Origin: Mobula hypostoma
Lineage: Eukaryota
NCBI RefSeq assembly: GCF_963921235.1
Contig: NC_086097.1
Span: forward strand, 129,272,001-129,336,000
Length of the DNA stretch: 64,000 bases
Direction of reading: 5' to 3'
The notes under the pieces were generated by a model. It was not told the origin of the DNA. It worked only from the letters and a program-made list of their open reading frames with translations, and did no database searches. A program made the translations under genes and the position numbers. This document shows positions 24,400 through 36,982 of this stretch, in pieces (within the stretch, counting starts at the first letter, position 1; every line of letters starts with the position of its first letter).

Positions 24400-24908
24400 T
24401 TCTACAGATGTACTGTGGAGAGCATTCTAACTGGCTGCATCACCATCCGGTGTGGGGGGTGGGGGGCACGGCATTGCACAGGAGGGAAATAAACTGCAGG
24501 AAGTTGTAAACTCAGTCAGCTCCATCATGGGCACTAGCCTCTCCAGTATCCAGGGCACCTTCAAGAAGGTGGCGTCCATCATTAAGGATTTCCACCACCC
24601 TGGACATGCTCGCTGTTCATTACTGCCATCAAGGAGGAGGTACAGGAGACTGAAGCACGCATTCAACATTTCAGAACTAGCTTCTCCCTCTCTGCCATCG
24701 GATTTCTGAATGGACATTGAACTCATGAACACACCTCACTACTTTTTCTCTTTCTTTTTGCACTACCCATGTCATTTTACTTTTTAAATACATATATTCC
24801 CCCGTTATAATTCACAGCTTTTATTATTATCTATTGAAATGTACTGCTCCCAAATAACAACAATTTCACAACATATGCCAGTGATAGTAAATGTGATTAT
24901 GATTCTGA
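24400..24908 (+). mobile_element. Rex1/Babar-type 3' fragment
   Basis: LQEVVNSVSSIMGTSLSSIQ...KVASIIKDFHHPGH...LLPSRRRYR; ATTCTG tail. Confidence 0.8.
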
Positions 24909-25984
24909 TAATAAAATATATTTTGGGAATAAAATAGATTGGCAATAAATACTGTCTATGAAATGATGCCCACAACCTGAAGTAAAGAGAATAAGCAAAA
25001 AATCATGCAGGCGATGAACTTGGAACAAGTCAGGGTGACTGCATACAAAAGTACACAACTCAATCATTGGAGAAATCCACCAACGTCTCCCCTTCACCTC
25101 CCACATCATGTCCATGAAAACCACACCACCTGCCCAAGTGAATGTCCAGTGAGCTGGCCTCCTCTGATCTCTCAGGTCACTGAGGATGGATGCCCTGCCT
25201 TACAAGCAAATAAAGTGCTTTGTGCTTACACCCCCTTTGGTTACCACAGCATTTATCTTCCCTAAGTATTAATTCAATACAATAATCAACATGATCTGAA
25301 CACTGGGCTTTAAAGGGAAATATGGAGCGATGAGAGGAGAGGCCAGAAGGTTAGAAAAGGTTTTGGAGAAAAGGGTGTCCCCCAGCACTGAAGAGAAAAG
25401 AGGTGTCAATATTGAAGTTGAGCTTATTGTCATATGCACAAGTGCATGTAGGTGCTGGTGCAATGAGAAACTTAATTTTGGCGGCATCACAGGCACATAG
25501 CATCAGGTACTTAACATTCACAAGAAAAACATGGATTTTACATAATTATACGAGAAGGAAGACAATTAAAACTAGCAAAGCCCACAGTGGTGCCAGGTTA
25601 TCAAAGTGCTGATAAAGTTGCTGCTCTGAGGTAATAATTAGAGTTGTGAAGGCTGGTCTCAGAGGAATGCCAGGACACCAGTTGGAATGGTGGGTAGAGC
25701 ATTATTTAAGCCTACAATGATCTACCATTGAATAATTGTCATGGCACAGAAGGATGCCATTCAGTCCATCATGATTGTGCCACCTCCTTGTGGATCAGTA
25801 TTGGCAGTCCCATTTCGTTGCTCTTTCCCCAGTACCTTGCAGCTTCAACCCAGATGAACAATCTCAATGCAAAACAGCTGTCAATTTCCCTCCACCGATG
25901 TTGTCTGACCCGCTGAGTACCTCACAAGCTCTTTTCTCGCTCCTGTAAATTATTCTTTCCACTGTGCTTATTAGCATCATTATT

Positions 25985-26275
25985 AGTATCATAGGCTCTT
26001 GAATGAAAGGGAATAACTACATTCAACTTCACTTGCCCCATCATTGAAATGCCTTCACAACCAATGATTTCACTTTCAAGGACTCTTTATCTCATTATCT
26101 CATGTTCTCATTATTTATTGCTATTTATTTATGTTACAATTTGTAACATAAATAAATAGCAATTTACTTATGTGCACAATTTGTTGTCTTCCGGTTGATC
26201 TTTCATTGTTCCTGTAATATAGATTTACCATTCCATAGATTTGCTGGGTATGCCCACAAGAAAATGAATCTCTAT
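25985..26275 (+). mobile_element. Rex1/Babar-type 3' UTR fragment containing a perfect palindrome
   Basis: Similar to 12545-12800. Confidence 0.6.
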
Positions 26276-28519
26276 TGTGACTCTTTCCACTTACCTCAAA
26301 AGAAGTGAGTTCTCCTTACTTCCCTGCTAGTCACAGACACCAATACTTACTCCAGATCAGCAGCTAATGGAGGAATTATTTGCATTACATATATTTCAAG
26401 TTTTATAAAATATCAAGTGTTATGATGTGCACCCATCTAAGCCAGCTTTCGAGGTTTAGACGCTGTAACTCCCCGGAATATGGATAGCTGGCATTACACC
26501 TTTAAAGATTCAGGACAATCCCGCTAATTGGCAATCATGTTTTTAGTGCCAAGGACTGAGCACTTAAGGAGTACCTGAACTGAGGTTCGGTGCTCAATTG
26601 TAACACTACTCGTGATTTCCTCTAGTGTTTGTTCTGTGCTCAGATTCCTGATCCAGTTTGAAACCGTGTATTGAACCAAGCCTCGGATACTCCAGCAGTT
26701 GGGTTCCCAGCCATTCTCATCGAGGACTTTCGCCGCAGCAAAAGAATTGCACGGTTGTTCTATTTGCTTTATCGCAAGGTTGTGGCTGCATTTGCATGGA
26801 AATTAATGGAACATTTTAAAATAGCAAAGTCTGAAACCCTGACGCCAAAAAAAAAATTAGTCTCAGAATGTTCCAATTGCAGGGTATTTTTATTAATTCG
26901 AAGGAGAGCACTTTCTGCTGACCTGTACAAATATTTAATTACATGCGGTGTCAATAACAACTGATGGCTGACAGTATAAACATTTTAGTTGCAACCGCCT
27001 AAAGCTTGACTGTACATTACTTATTAACAAGATGTGGGCTGCGGCAATTATAACGTTTTCTACTAATGTCGCTATTTACTGAGTCACACGAGTAGGTTGT
27101 GGCTCACAATACACTTAGGCTGGCACTGGGCATGCTGTGTGATTTAGCACACATTGCTTAAAAGAAAATGCTTAGAATGCAGCTTAAAACCTTGAGGCAT
27201 AACCCTGACATTGGAATAACGAGGGATCCTATTGTTTTTGAGAATTAAAAGAAAACTATATGTGTATATATTTATAAATACAGTTTATAAATATACATAC
27301 ATATATATTTATATATACAGTATATATGTGTGTGTCTGTGTGTGTGTGAAGCATTTATATGTACTATATATTACACAATACATACAGTATTCACAACTTA
27401 CTTAGCAGTTTTGATTATTGTTTATAGATATGCTGAGCCAAGAATTAAACGATAGCCTTGAGGCAGCATAATTATTTACATATCATTATCAGCATGTTCC
27501 TAATTGCTTGAAGTAATATCGACGTTGCTGGATTTAAACAAATTTCTTGATATTTGTGTGGTGAATTGGATTCTTCTTTCTGCGTGCAGGATTGTCAGAG
27601 TGGAGTTTTGTTGATTTGTGATTTATTGCGGGAAACCAGTCATTGTCTGCACCAGGATAATGTAGTCCAGAGTGATATGTTTTGATTTGTGTTAATGCCT
27701 ATTAGAAATCCTACCTTTGTTTGATGTAAATAAAAGCACAATGTGACGGGAAGTTTGCATCAGTGTAACCTGAATCCATCTATTTATTTTATATGTGTTT
27801 TATCCAATAAGAAGATTGCCACACCCAGCCAAGGACTTTGCAATTCTTCTGCAGTCTGTACATACAAACTGATGTCAAGATAGGCATTGAAATTGGTTTA
27901 TTGGTCACACAAATATGCAGATACACTGATAAGCTTTGGTTTGAGTGCCATCCAGACATAATTACATTGGGGTAGTAAAAAGAAAACAGAACTGAGACTA
28001 TGGTGTTGCAGTTACTAAGAAAGTGCAGTGCAGACAGACAAATAATATTCAGGGGCCATGATGAAATAGACAGGGAATCAACAGTTCATACTTAGCTTAT
28101 GTATAATCAAACAATTGAATGAAATCCTTCCTCAACTTTTCAGGCTCCATCAAATATTAGCATTGTGATTGAATCATGAGGGCATGGTGAGATGAACTCA
28201 GAATTCACTCTGAGGCTAGTAATTACAATGCAATCTTTTCTGCTTCTTCAAAGCTAGGTGCCCAGTAGCTATAGCCCTTTTGACACCTTTCATCCTTCAG
28301 GATCCTGCACCAACATTTAGCTCAGAGTGAGGTCAAAGGTGAAAGAGGATAAGTTCTGACTTTGCTCTCTAATTACTGAGACTTAGACATAGAAGCAGGC
28401 CCTTCTGCCCATCATGTCAACACTGACCGACATTTCTGCACATCCACAGATCCCACTTTAGAGATAAAACTTCCTCGGCATGATTTCATTCATTATTCCA
28501 TATTTTAAAGCCAGCATTG

Positions 28520-28790
28520 ACCTCAGTGGGGAAACCCTTTACCTTTGAAGGTTTAAGTCCCACATGGGTTCAAAAATCTAGGCTGCTGCTCCATCGAGGA
28601 AGTGCTAGACTGTCTTTCAGAATGGGTACAAAACTGAAACTGTGTCTACTTGCCTAGCCTTGGGAAAACAATGTTATTGCATAATTTTGGAGAAAGGAAG
28701 ATTTATTCTTTCCACCTTGGTCAGTGCATCCTTTGACAAAAGCTGGTTTAGAAATCTTAATTTAAGTGCCATGCTTGTGTGTGCAACACA
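28520..28790 (+). mobile_element. Deu-domain SINE remnant
   Basis: GGTTTAAGTCCCAC...AATCTAGGCTG head, similar to 3830-3930. Confidence 0.45.
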
Positions 28791-29139
28791 ATCAAACTTC
28801 TTAACCAAATCATTCAACCTGATTTGTGTAGCTTTGAAATGAATCCTCCTTAATCAGGGCCCAATGCTCATTTTGACTTGGCCTGTCTTCCTTTCTCCAA
28901 AAGCACTTACTTCAATAATTCAGCCCTTCTTTCCCTTTGCATCTCTAAGGTCAAGGCAACAGTCCGACAATAAGATAAGACAGAATGGTTGATAAAATGA
29001 AAATGAGTCTACCAAATGGGTTACGCACTTCCTGAGAATAAAATAAAAACAAGTGCTGAAAATGTGATATAATGCTGGAAAGAAAAACATCCATAGCTCC
29101 ATTGTCCCTCAACTTTTACTCCAGGTTTGCTATCAGTAG

Positions 29140-29730
29140 CTCATGTTCCATTGTTTCCAATGAGATTCTGCCTCCCTTTTCAGCATTCCCTTCATAATTC
29201 CCAGAGTCAGCTCTTCCATCCCTCCAAGAACTCTCCTTCAGATAGCACCTTCCTGTGCACTGCTGGATATGCAACACTGAATACTTTACCTTATTCCTTC
29301 CGAGCAGCATGGGGAGCAAACAGTCCTTCCAGGTGAGCAACTTGCACTTTTTACAGTCTGCTGCCCTGCTCTTGATGCTCGCAGTTGCACGCAGGGTGCA
29401 TCTCCACTCGAACACAAAATGAGCTTCAACTTCCATTTGTCTGTCAGTTTAGTTCTGCGCTCCCACTCTCACACTGATCTACATATATCTCTTTCACTTT
29501 CTACAGTGTTTGAATTATGTCAGGGAAAGCTGGACATGTAACACCTCACCTTCTGTCTGCACACACTGCAGCTTGCCAGACTTAATATCAAATTCAACAA
29601 TTTTAGATGACCAGCATTTCCTGTCCGAATGACGAGTGGCCGGTTCGCTGTAGATTATCTATCTATAAAAGCAACTAAGTTTTTCTGTCTCCACACCTAC
29701 TGCTGGGCATTTCCAGCATTCTGCTTTTGG
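29140..29730 (+). mobile_element. Old Penelope fragment (endonuclease region and 3' repeat)
   Basis: AAACAGTCCTTCCAGGTGAG and CACCTCACCTTCTG...AATTCAACAATTTTAGATGA are homologous to 39915-40835 and 52105-53050. Confidence 0.6.
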
Positions 29731-29944
29731 TTTCAGGTTTCAGCAAAAGCTCTGACCTGCATTTCACAGCTTTTACTTCTCCTTCAGACTGTGTTCTCGC
29801 CCATGCTGAAAGCATTAATCTATTAATCAAATAGCTCTGTAAACTAAGCCTCGCCCTATCAGAGAAATTTGCTTTATCCCATCCATCTCTCCCCACCTTC
29901 TGTGACACTTGAAAGTGACCCCTTTTCTCTCTTAAATGGGGAAA

Positions 29945-30850
29945 CTTGTAAATTGACTTATTATTGTCACATGTACCAAGATGTGGTGATGAAATTTTTT
30001 TTTGCATGCCATCGATTCATCACATCAGTAAATTGAGGTAGTTCATGGGAAGAGCAATAACAGAATGCAGAAGGAAGTGTTAGAGTTACAGAGAAAGTAC
30101 AGTGCAGACAGAAACTAAGTTGTAAGGACAATACAAGGTAGATTTAGCAGTCAAGAGTCCAGTTTAGTCAAGAGCTCTGTTCATTTGTCTTCTAACAGCA
30201 GGATAGAGGCTGTACTTGAGCCTGGTGATGCTTATCTTTAAGCTTTGGTATTGTCTGCCCAATGAAAGTGGGGAGAAAGAAGAATGCCCAGGGTGGGAGT
30301 GATCTGTAAGCTGACTGCTTTACTAAGTCTATGGGAAGTCCAGACATCCTCCAAGGAGGGGAGGCTGTTTTCTTTGTGATGCATTAACTGTTTCTCTCTC
30401 CACAGATGCTGTCTGATCCACTGAGTGTTACCAGTACAGTCCAGCATGCTACAAGGATGAAGTCCATCTCCCAATGGACTGGGGGAGAAGTGGGAGAGGA
30501 ATGACACCTCGGCACAAAGAGGCACAATGATAGGGAGGTGACAGGAGGTGACCTCTCTCATTACACCCAGTACACACAAAGTGACTCTCCCTACCCAACC
30601 AAATGGTAATTGGTTTATTTTTGTCACATGTTCCAAAGTACAGTGAAAAACCTTTAATTTGCATGCCGTATATTCAGAACATTCCAAAACATTAGTACAG
30701 CAACGCAGTACAAAACGAAAAGCAATAACAAAACAGAATGTAGTGTTACAGTTGTAGAGATGAGGAGTGCAGGTAGAAAATAAGGTGCAAGGATTAAGAT
30801 GAGAGAGACTGAGCGATCACAATTTCATCTTTATTATACAAGATTAAGAA
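29945..30850 (-). mobile_element. Two Rex1/Babar-type 3' fragments with a small Penelope piece between them
   Basis: TTTATT.TTGTCACATG..CCAAG motif at about 29958 and 30614; reverse-complement similarity to 46615-47045. Confidence 0.6.
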
Positions 30851-31080
30851 TCCTCCTTAATGCCAATAAGTAAGAAAGAAAGGAGTACAGAAGGCATATA
30901 ATAATCTCTCATGTCATCCTTTCAACATCTAGCCTCAACGATTGGAGCAACTTAATGGCTGAATCCCTGTTCATTATGAACGTTTGCAAAGAACTTTCTG
31001 TGTTGCTCTGATGTGTGGGGATTCTCAATCCATTGGGAAGGGAGAAGAACTGGAGGCATCCCTGCCAGACACTTTATAGA

Positions 31081-31412
31081 TGTCAAGAAACGTAGAGGAG
31101 GCTTGACACAAAAGCAGAACAACAGACACAATTCAGCAGTGAATGATAACTTTTATAATAGATTGCAAACTAACAAGCCATGAGGGGCCACAAGACAAGA
31201 GAGAAGTGAAACTAAACACAACAGGCAACAAGACAAACTTCAGGAAGTGAGAGTGAATGTGAAGAGCAACTAGTTGAGGCCAGCAGCTTCAATGATTGAA
31301 CCAGGACTGTGGATGAGAACTGGGGTTAAATAAGCTGCATTTGAAGAGTCTGCAATGAGTGGCAGGTAATCCTGTCAGCTGAGCAGAGACTGGGAAGTGC
31401 CTGCACTCAGCA
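31081..31412 (-). repeat. 3' LTR of the Gypsy remnant
   Basis: Bounded by TG (31081) and CA (31412); polypurine tract AGGGGTGGGG on the minus strand at about 31419-31428. Confidence 0.65.
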
Positions 31413-33090
31413 GGAGCACCCCACCCCTGGCGGTCCTTGATGGCCCAGGACAAGCCAGATGGGTCAAGTGGAAATCATTGACGAACGATGGATCCAAGAT
31501 GTAATGGGATGGCAAGCAAGCACCTCTCCTCTGGGCTGTATCCTTCGCAGTTCATCTGGTACTGCACACCCTGTCCTCGATGATGTGAATCCATCAACCA
31601 GTGACTGGACCACCTTCCACCATCCCTGGTTCTGGAGGTGTAAGCTCAGCTGGGGTAAGTGGTCCATGGACAATGGGCTTGAGGCAGGACATGAGGAAGA
31701 TGGGTGTAATCCTGAGGGATGGTGGCAGCTGGAGACAGTAAGTGACTGGATTGATGTGATGGGTGACCTTGACCAATGAACCAGGGCAAGAGCTTGCAGG
31801 GGTAAGAGCGCAGAGGTAAATCTCAGCCAGACACATTCCCCAGCCTGGCTGGGTGCCGATGACGGTTGTCCTGTTGACAGCAGGTGCAGTTGGCCTCCCA
31901 CGCCCTCCTTCACACATTCCAGAAGTGGTGAACCAGGGACCTAGCAGATGGGACCTCCACCATTTGTTCCTTCACGGGGAATAACAGGGATTGGTAGCCT
32001 TGGAGCACTCCAAAGGGTGACACACCTGTGGCAGAGGAGTTGTGCAGAGTGTGGGACAGCTCAACCCAGAGCAGATACTCATTCCATATGGAAAGGTTAG
32101 AGGTGGCGAATCATCACAGAAACTTCTCCACTTGCTGATTGACCCTTCTGCCTGACCGATAGCCAGAGGATAAACTCACTGAGTTGTAGAAGGCTTGCCA
32201 GAAACGGGAGATGAATTGTTGGGGCCCCCGTGCAACACAATATCCTGAAGGAAGCTGTAGAGGTAAACTACATGTTAGAGAACCAGGTCTGCTGGCTCAG
32301 CAGCTGATGGAAACTTGGGGAAGGCAATGAATTGGGCCACTTTGGGGAACTGGTCCACCGCTGTTATGATCACATAAGAAGGTAGCAAACCCATGATGAA
32401 ATCCATGGTGATGTGGGACCACGTGTGTCGAGGGACCGGTAGGGGCCACAGGAGCCCAGAGGACCACTGGTTACAGGAATTGGATCCTAGATACTGAGGA
32501 CAAACAGCAACAAACTCACATATATCTGCAATCATGGTGTGCTACTAGAACAGGCATCACAGAAAGTCAAGAGACCATAGTGCTCCTGAATGGCTGAATG
32601 GCTGAATGGCCGGAGAGGCTGGAGAGGGGTGAGGCGAGGGCCCACTGGAGTGCATCAGAGCAGTTGTCCGCTGTGTCGCCTGAAGCAGGGTTATGCTGTA
32701 GGACCTGTTGGATCTGGTCCTCAAGGTCCCAGGTGATCGGGAAAAGGATCTTCAAGGATGGAGTGATAGACTGATATCTCCATTACAGCAGTGTCAAACT
32801 GCCATGCAGGATGTCTACTTTGTGTTTTGGAACCAGGTCGGTCGGAGATGGTGAAGTTGAACTGTTCAAAGAGGGCCTGGCAAGCCTGACATGCATTGAG
32901 TCAGCAGGTCTGAAGTATGGATAGGAGGTTCTGGTGATCCATCCAGATCCAGATAGTATTTCCCCTTCAGCCAATGTCGCTGTTCCTCCAAGACCTATTT
33001 AATAGCGAAGAGCTCATGTTCTCCTACTCCATAACAGTGCTGTGTAAGGTTGAACTTGTGTGAGAAGAAGACACAAAGGTGTGTCTTCAT
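31081..33090 (-). mobile_element. Gypsy/Ty3 chromovirus (sushi/Tf-like) remnant: RNase H, integrase, chromodomain and 3' LTR
   Basis: Minus-strand YGVGEHELFAIK*VLEEQRHWLKG (RNase H); GLLWPLPVPRHTWSHITMDFIMGLLPS...VDQFPK (integrase); INPVTYCLQLPPSLRITPIFLMSCLKP (GPY/F module). Heavily frameshifted. Confidence 0.92.
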
Positions 33091-33639
33091 GTCCACTCCT
33101 CAATGAGTGAGGTTGGCCAGGCACATGTGTCAGATAGAGTAGGGTTTGAACCAACAATGTTCATATGTAAAGGCAAGAGTAGTACTACTGCAAATGCTTG
33201 GCAAAGTCATTTAACGAAAATAAATATTCTGTTTTGGAAATAAAACAGTTTAGTTTTCTTTATGATCATACTGTTTCGATGAAAATGCTCACAGATTATT
33301 ATAAAAGCACCTGCAGCTAATATCAGAAAGAATCATGTTAGTTTCTAACTCTATTTTTAATTAACCATGTTGCATTTGACATCAGTTAGCAAGAACACTT
33401 TCCTAGCTATTAGTTTATATTGGATTTAGTTCCTTCTAATACAGAAAAAATCTACTAACGTTAGTTTGAGTTAACTCATGCACACTTTTAAGTGAGCAAT
33501 ATCGCTGGTGCTTATATTGCTAAATTGTTTGCTGTAATATTGGAGAAAGGTTTTTGAAAGTTGGGTTTCTTACTTCCAGTCATTGTCTTTCTCACAGTGT
33601 CTGCTCTTTAAATCTACTTCTCTGCTTTGTTTTCCTGAT

Positions 33640-33980
33640 TTATTTACATTCTGTTCTTCTCTCCTTCCTTTCACGCTCCTCTTCCTCTCCCTCTTTTTCA
33701 TACTCGCCACCTCCTTCATTCCTTCTTGTGCTCTCTGACACTTTCACTTCCACTAATGTTGCTTTCTCTCCCACACACACTTTATCACTATTCTCATTCA
33801 TGTTCTCTGTTGTTCTTACGCTTTCTCTCTCTCTCCATCACTCACAAACATCTCTCATACCATCTCATCCTTACAGACTCATACATAATCTCTATCACTC
33901 ATTATTCTCTCCCTCATCCTTCAGACTCTCTCTAATGCAGGCTCTCTCACACACATATTATTCCCTCTCTTGTTCTCATT
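33640..33980. repeat. CT/CA-rich low-complexity tract
   Basis: Pyrimidine-rich degenerate microsatellite. Confidence 0.75.
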
Positions 33981-34080
33981 TCCATGGCTTGAATGCAAAG
34001 CTCTAGTTTGATGCTTGATTGCGGTTTTGAGAAAGTGCTGTACAATCAGAGGTACCATGTATCATAAAATGGTGCAATGT

Positions 34081-34480
34081 TTAAGATTCAAAATATATTT
34101 ATTATCAAAATATGTATACATTAGACAACCTTGAGATTTGTCTCCTTACAGGCAGCCATGAAACCAAAAAGAACCAATAAAAACGAATACCATCATACAC
34201 CCTAAATGCAGAGAAAAAGCCAAATCATGCAAACAATAAACATAAGTAAGTAGTGTTCTGAACTGTAGTCCACAGACAGTCCATCCCCAGACCTTCAGTT
34301 CTGCACAGAGCTGAGTAAACATCGCAGACCAGTGAGATGAACTAGCCCATCCTTGCCTCGGGCCCCAACATCCTAATTATTTCAATCTGGCCCAGTGTCT
34401 AAATCATTGTCTAAACATCGGGCTCAGTTGCTTTAGTAAATTCTGGGGACTGTACCCCGCAGCCTCGATGCGGCCTGTAC
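34081..34480 (-). mobile_element. Non-autonomous Rex1-like 3' fragment
   Basis: TTTATTATCAAA...ACAACCTTGAGATT motif shared with 708-995. Confidence 0.5.
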
Positions 34481-35880
34481 TCATCATTATCATCATCAGG
34501 TGCCGTGCCCAGTTTGAGCTTTGACTGCCATGGCCCACACACTCCTGTTTTGTGTCAAGTGGATCAATTCATTGGTATTCATTTCCAGTTCTCTGGCTGC
34601 TGTTTCCTTCATCATTTGTTTTTGCCTTCCTCTTGCTTTCTTCCCTTCAATCTTTTCCATAATTACCATGCATTCTGACTCCTCTTTCCTAATCACATGT
34701 CCAATGAAGTTACATTGCCTTTTCATGATCTCATACATTATTCCTCTTTTTCTGTTTGCTCTATTCACGACATCCTCGTTAGAAATTCTTTTCGTCCATG
34801 ATATTCTTTGCACCCTCCTCAAAAACCACATCTCTGCTGCTTCAATTCGTTTCCTCATGTTACTAGATATTGTCCAACATTCTGAGCCATATAACATAAC
34901 TGGATAAACGTAACATTCAGTACTCTGAGGCTGGTTGTCATGCCTAGTTTAGTATTGGTCAGTATATTCTTCATTCTCTTAAAGGTGCCTTTTGCCATCC
35001 CTATTCTTCTTTTGATGTCCATGTCGCACCTGCCATCTGATGTTACCCAGCTTCCTAAGTAGCAAAAGTTCTGTACTTGTTTTATGTCTTCCCCATTTAT
35101 TCTCAGCCTGCAGTTAGGATTCTCCTTCTTTTTGGATATCACCATATATTCTGTCTTTTTGCAATTGACAGACCCATTTTTGCACTTCCTTAAACAATTA
35201 CATCAATTAAGTTTTGTAGTTCTTCCTCCATACTTGCAATTAACACAGTGTCATCTGCATATCTGAAATTATTGATGTTTTCACCGCCAACTTTGATTCC
35301 CAAGATGTCTGTTATTTTTTGTAATATTGTTTCACTGTACAGATTAATTAAATCGGGGAGAAAGCACACCCTTGTCAAACGCCTCTCTTGACATTCATAA
35401 ACTGACTCACTTCTCCATCTATTCTTACAGCGGCAGTTTGTTCCCGGTACGGATTTCTGATTAGGCGGAGGTCTTCCGAATCTAGATCTAGAGTTTTCTG
35501 TAATATTTCAAATAACTTATTGTGCTTCACTTTATCAAATGCTTTTGTGTAGTTGATAAAACAAACAAATCTTTTTGCACTTGAATATCTCATTCTGATA
35601 GTATCCTTAACATCAATATTGCATTTCTTGTACCTTTGCCTTTCACAAAACCACATTATTCTTTACCTGTTTCAGCTTGTATCTTACTTTTAGCTCTTGT
35701 CATCAAAATTCTTAGAAGTATCTTGGTGTTATGACTCATTAAACTTATGGTCCTATGTAATTCACATTCTATTGCTCCTGGTTTCTTGCAGAGAGTGATA
35801 AGTACTGATTTTTTCATCTCTTCTGTTATTATTCCAGTCTCATAAATGTCATTGATTAAATCAGTAAGTTTTTCCAATTA
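34481..35880 (-). mobile_element. RTE-clade LINE, 5'-truncated RT with frameshifts
   Basis: CELHRTISLMSH..K, CFINYTKAFDKVKH, FRYADDTVL, FCYLGS and LYGSECWT...RIEAAEMWFLRR; (TGA)n tail at 34481-34498. Confidence 0.93.
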
Positions 35881-35909
35881 CTGGACTCAACCTTTCCAAT
35901 TCAGCCAAA

Positions 35910-36190
35910 TTGGGGCAGTTGATAGAGCCACTGCCTCACAGAGCCAGAGACCTGGGTTCAGTCCTGACCTTAGCTGCTGTCTGTGTGGAGTTTGCATGTT
36001 CTTTCTGTGTGGGATTCCTCTGGATGCTCACATTCCCCACCTCATCCCACAACACAGTATGGGTTGGTAGGTTAATTAACCACTGTAAATTGCCCCTAAT
36101 GTATTACAGAGTAGTAGGATCTGGGTATAGATAATGAAAATATGGGAGAATTAAAAAATGTATGGCGTTAATGTAAGGTAACTGAACATG
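35910..36190 (+). mobile_element. V-SINE (tRNA head plus V domain)
   Basis: GCCTCACAG..CCAGAGACCTGGGTTCAGTCCTGACC...GTCTGTGTGGAGTTTGCATGTTC. Confidence 0.75.
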
Positions 36191-36900
36191 GAGGTTATGC
36201 TCTGACGCAGGCAGTCTCATCCTGAAACATTGACTGTTTACTTGTTTCCATAGATCCTGCCTGACCTGCTGAGTTCCTCCAGCATCCAGAATCTGCAGAA
36301 TCTCTTGTGTTCATAATTGAACATAGATAATTGATGCTCAGTGCAGACTCGGTGGGCAGAAGAGTTTGTTTCTGTGCTATATCTCTCTGTGACTCCCTGA
36401 TTCGATGATGTGAAATCAAATCCCTGTCTGTACTCTCAAGTGGATGTAAGGTCCTAAATTTCTTTTTGCACTCTGTGATAGAATTTGATTAAAGATAAAG
36501 CTTTATTACACCCTTTGGCATTTTCACAGAAAAATCATCAAAAAATGGGATTTCCGCTGCATCATGACAGTGGACCTGCAAAAGTTTGACCAAAGAAGTA
36601 GAAAACTAGGGAGGTAGATCACAGCTTAGCACCAGGGCAGTAGTTGACACGGCCACTAGCACGGCAAGCACTGACTGGAGCAGTCTCAATTTCTCAAAAA
36701 AAACTGTAAGGCTCATGAGATTTCAGAGATAGGAGAGGATAAGATCACAGATCTGAAAGCAATTTTTAAAACAAGGATATGACTTGGCTAGGAGTCAGTG
36801 TAGGTCAGCAAGCACAGTGGCAATAAGCAATACACTGGCAAAAATCCGTTGAAGTTTGTGTATATTTTGCAGCCAGGTCAAAGACCGCACTCAGTCTAGA

Positions 36901-36982
36901 CAAGGGGTTCCCAACCTGGGTACCACGGACCCCTCGCTTAATGGTAGGGGTCCATGGCATAAGAAAGGTTTGTAATCTCTTG
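36901..36982. mobile_element. Short hAT/Charlie-like MITE (~80 bp)
   Basis: Terminus AGGGGTTCCCAACCT; same family as 58826-58906 in the opposite orientation. Confidence 0.7.

Noticed and set aside
26286..26400. Minus-strand GTAAGT donor-like sites
   Set aside because: No convincing matching acceptor giving a frame-preserving exon; such motifs are frequent by chance.
33554..34006. 150-aa Ser/Leu-rich ORF (also 54524-54832)
   Set aside because: Produced by CT-rich low-complexity sequence.
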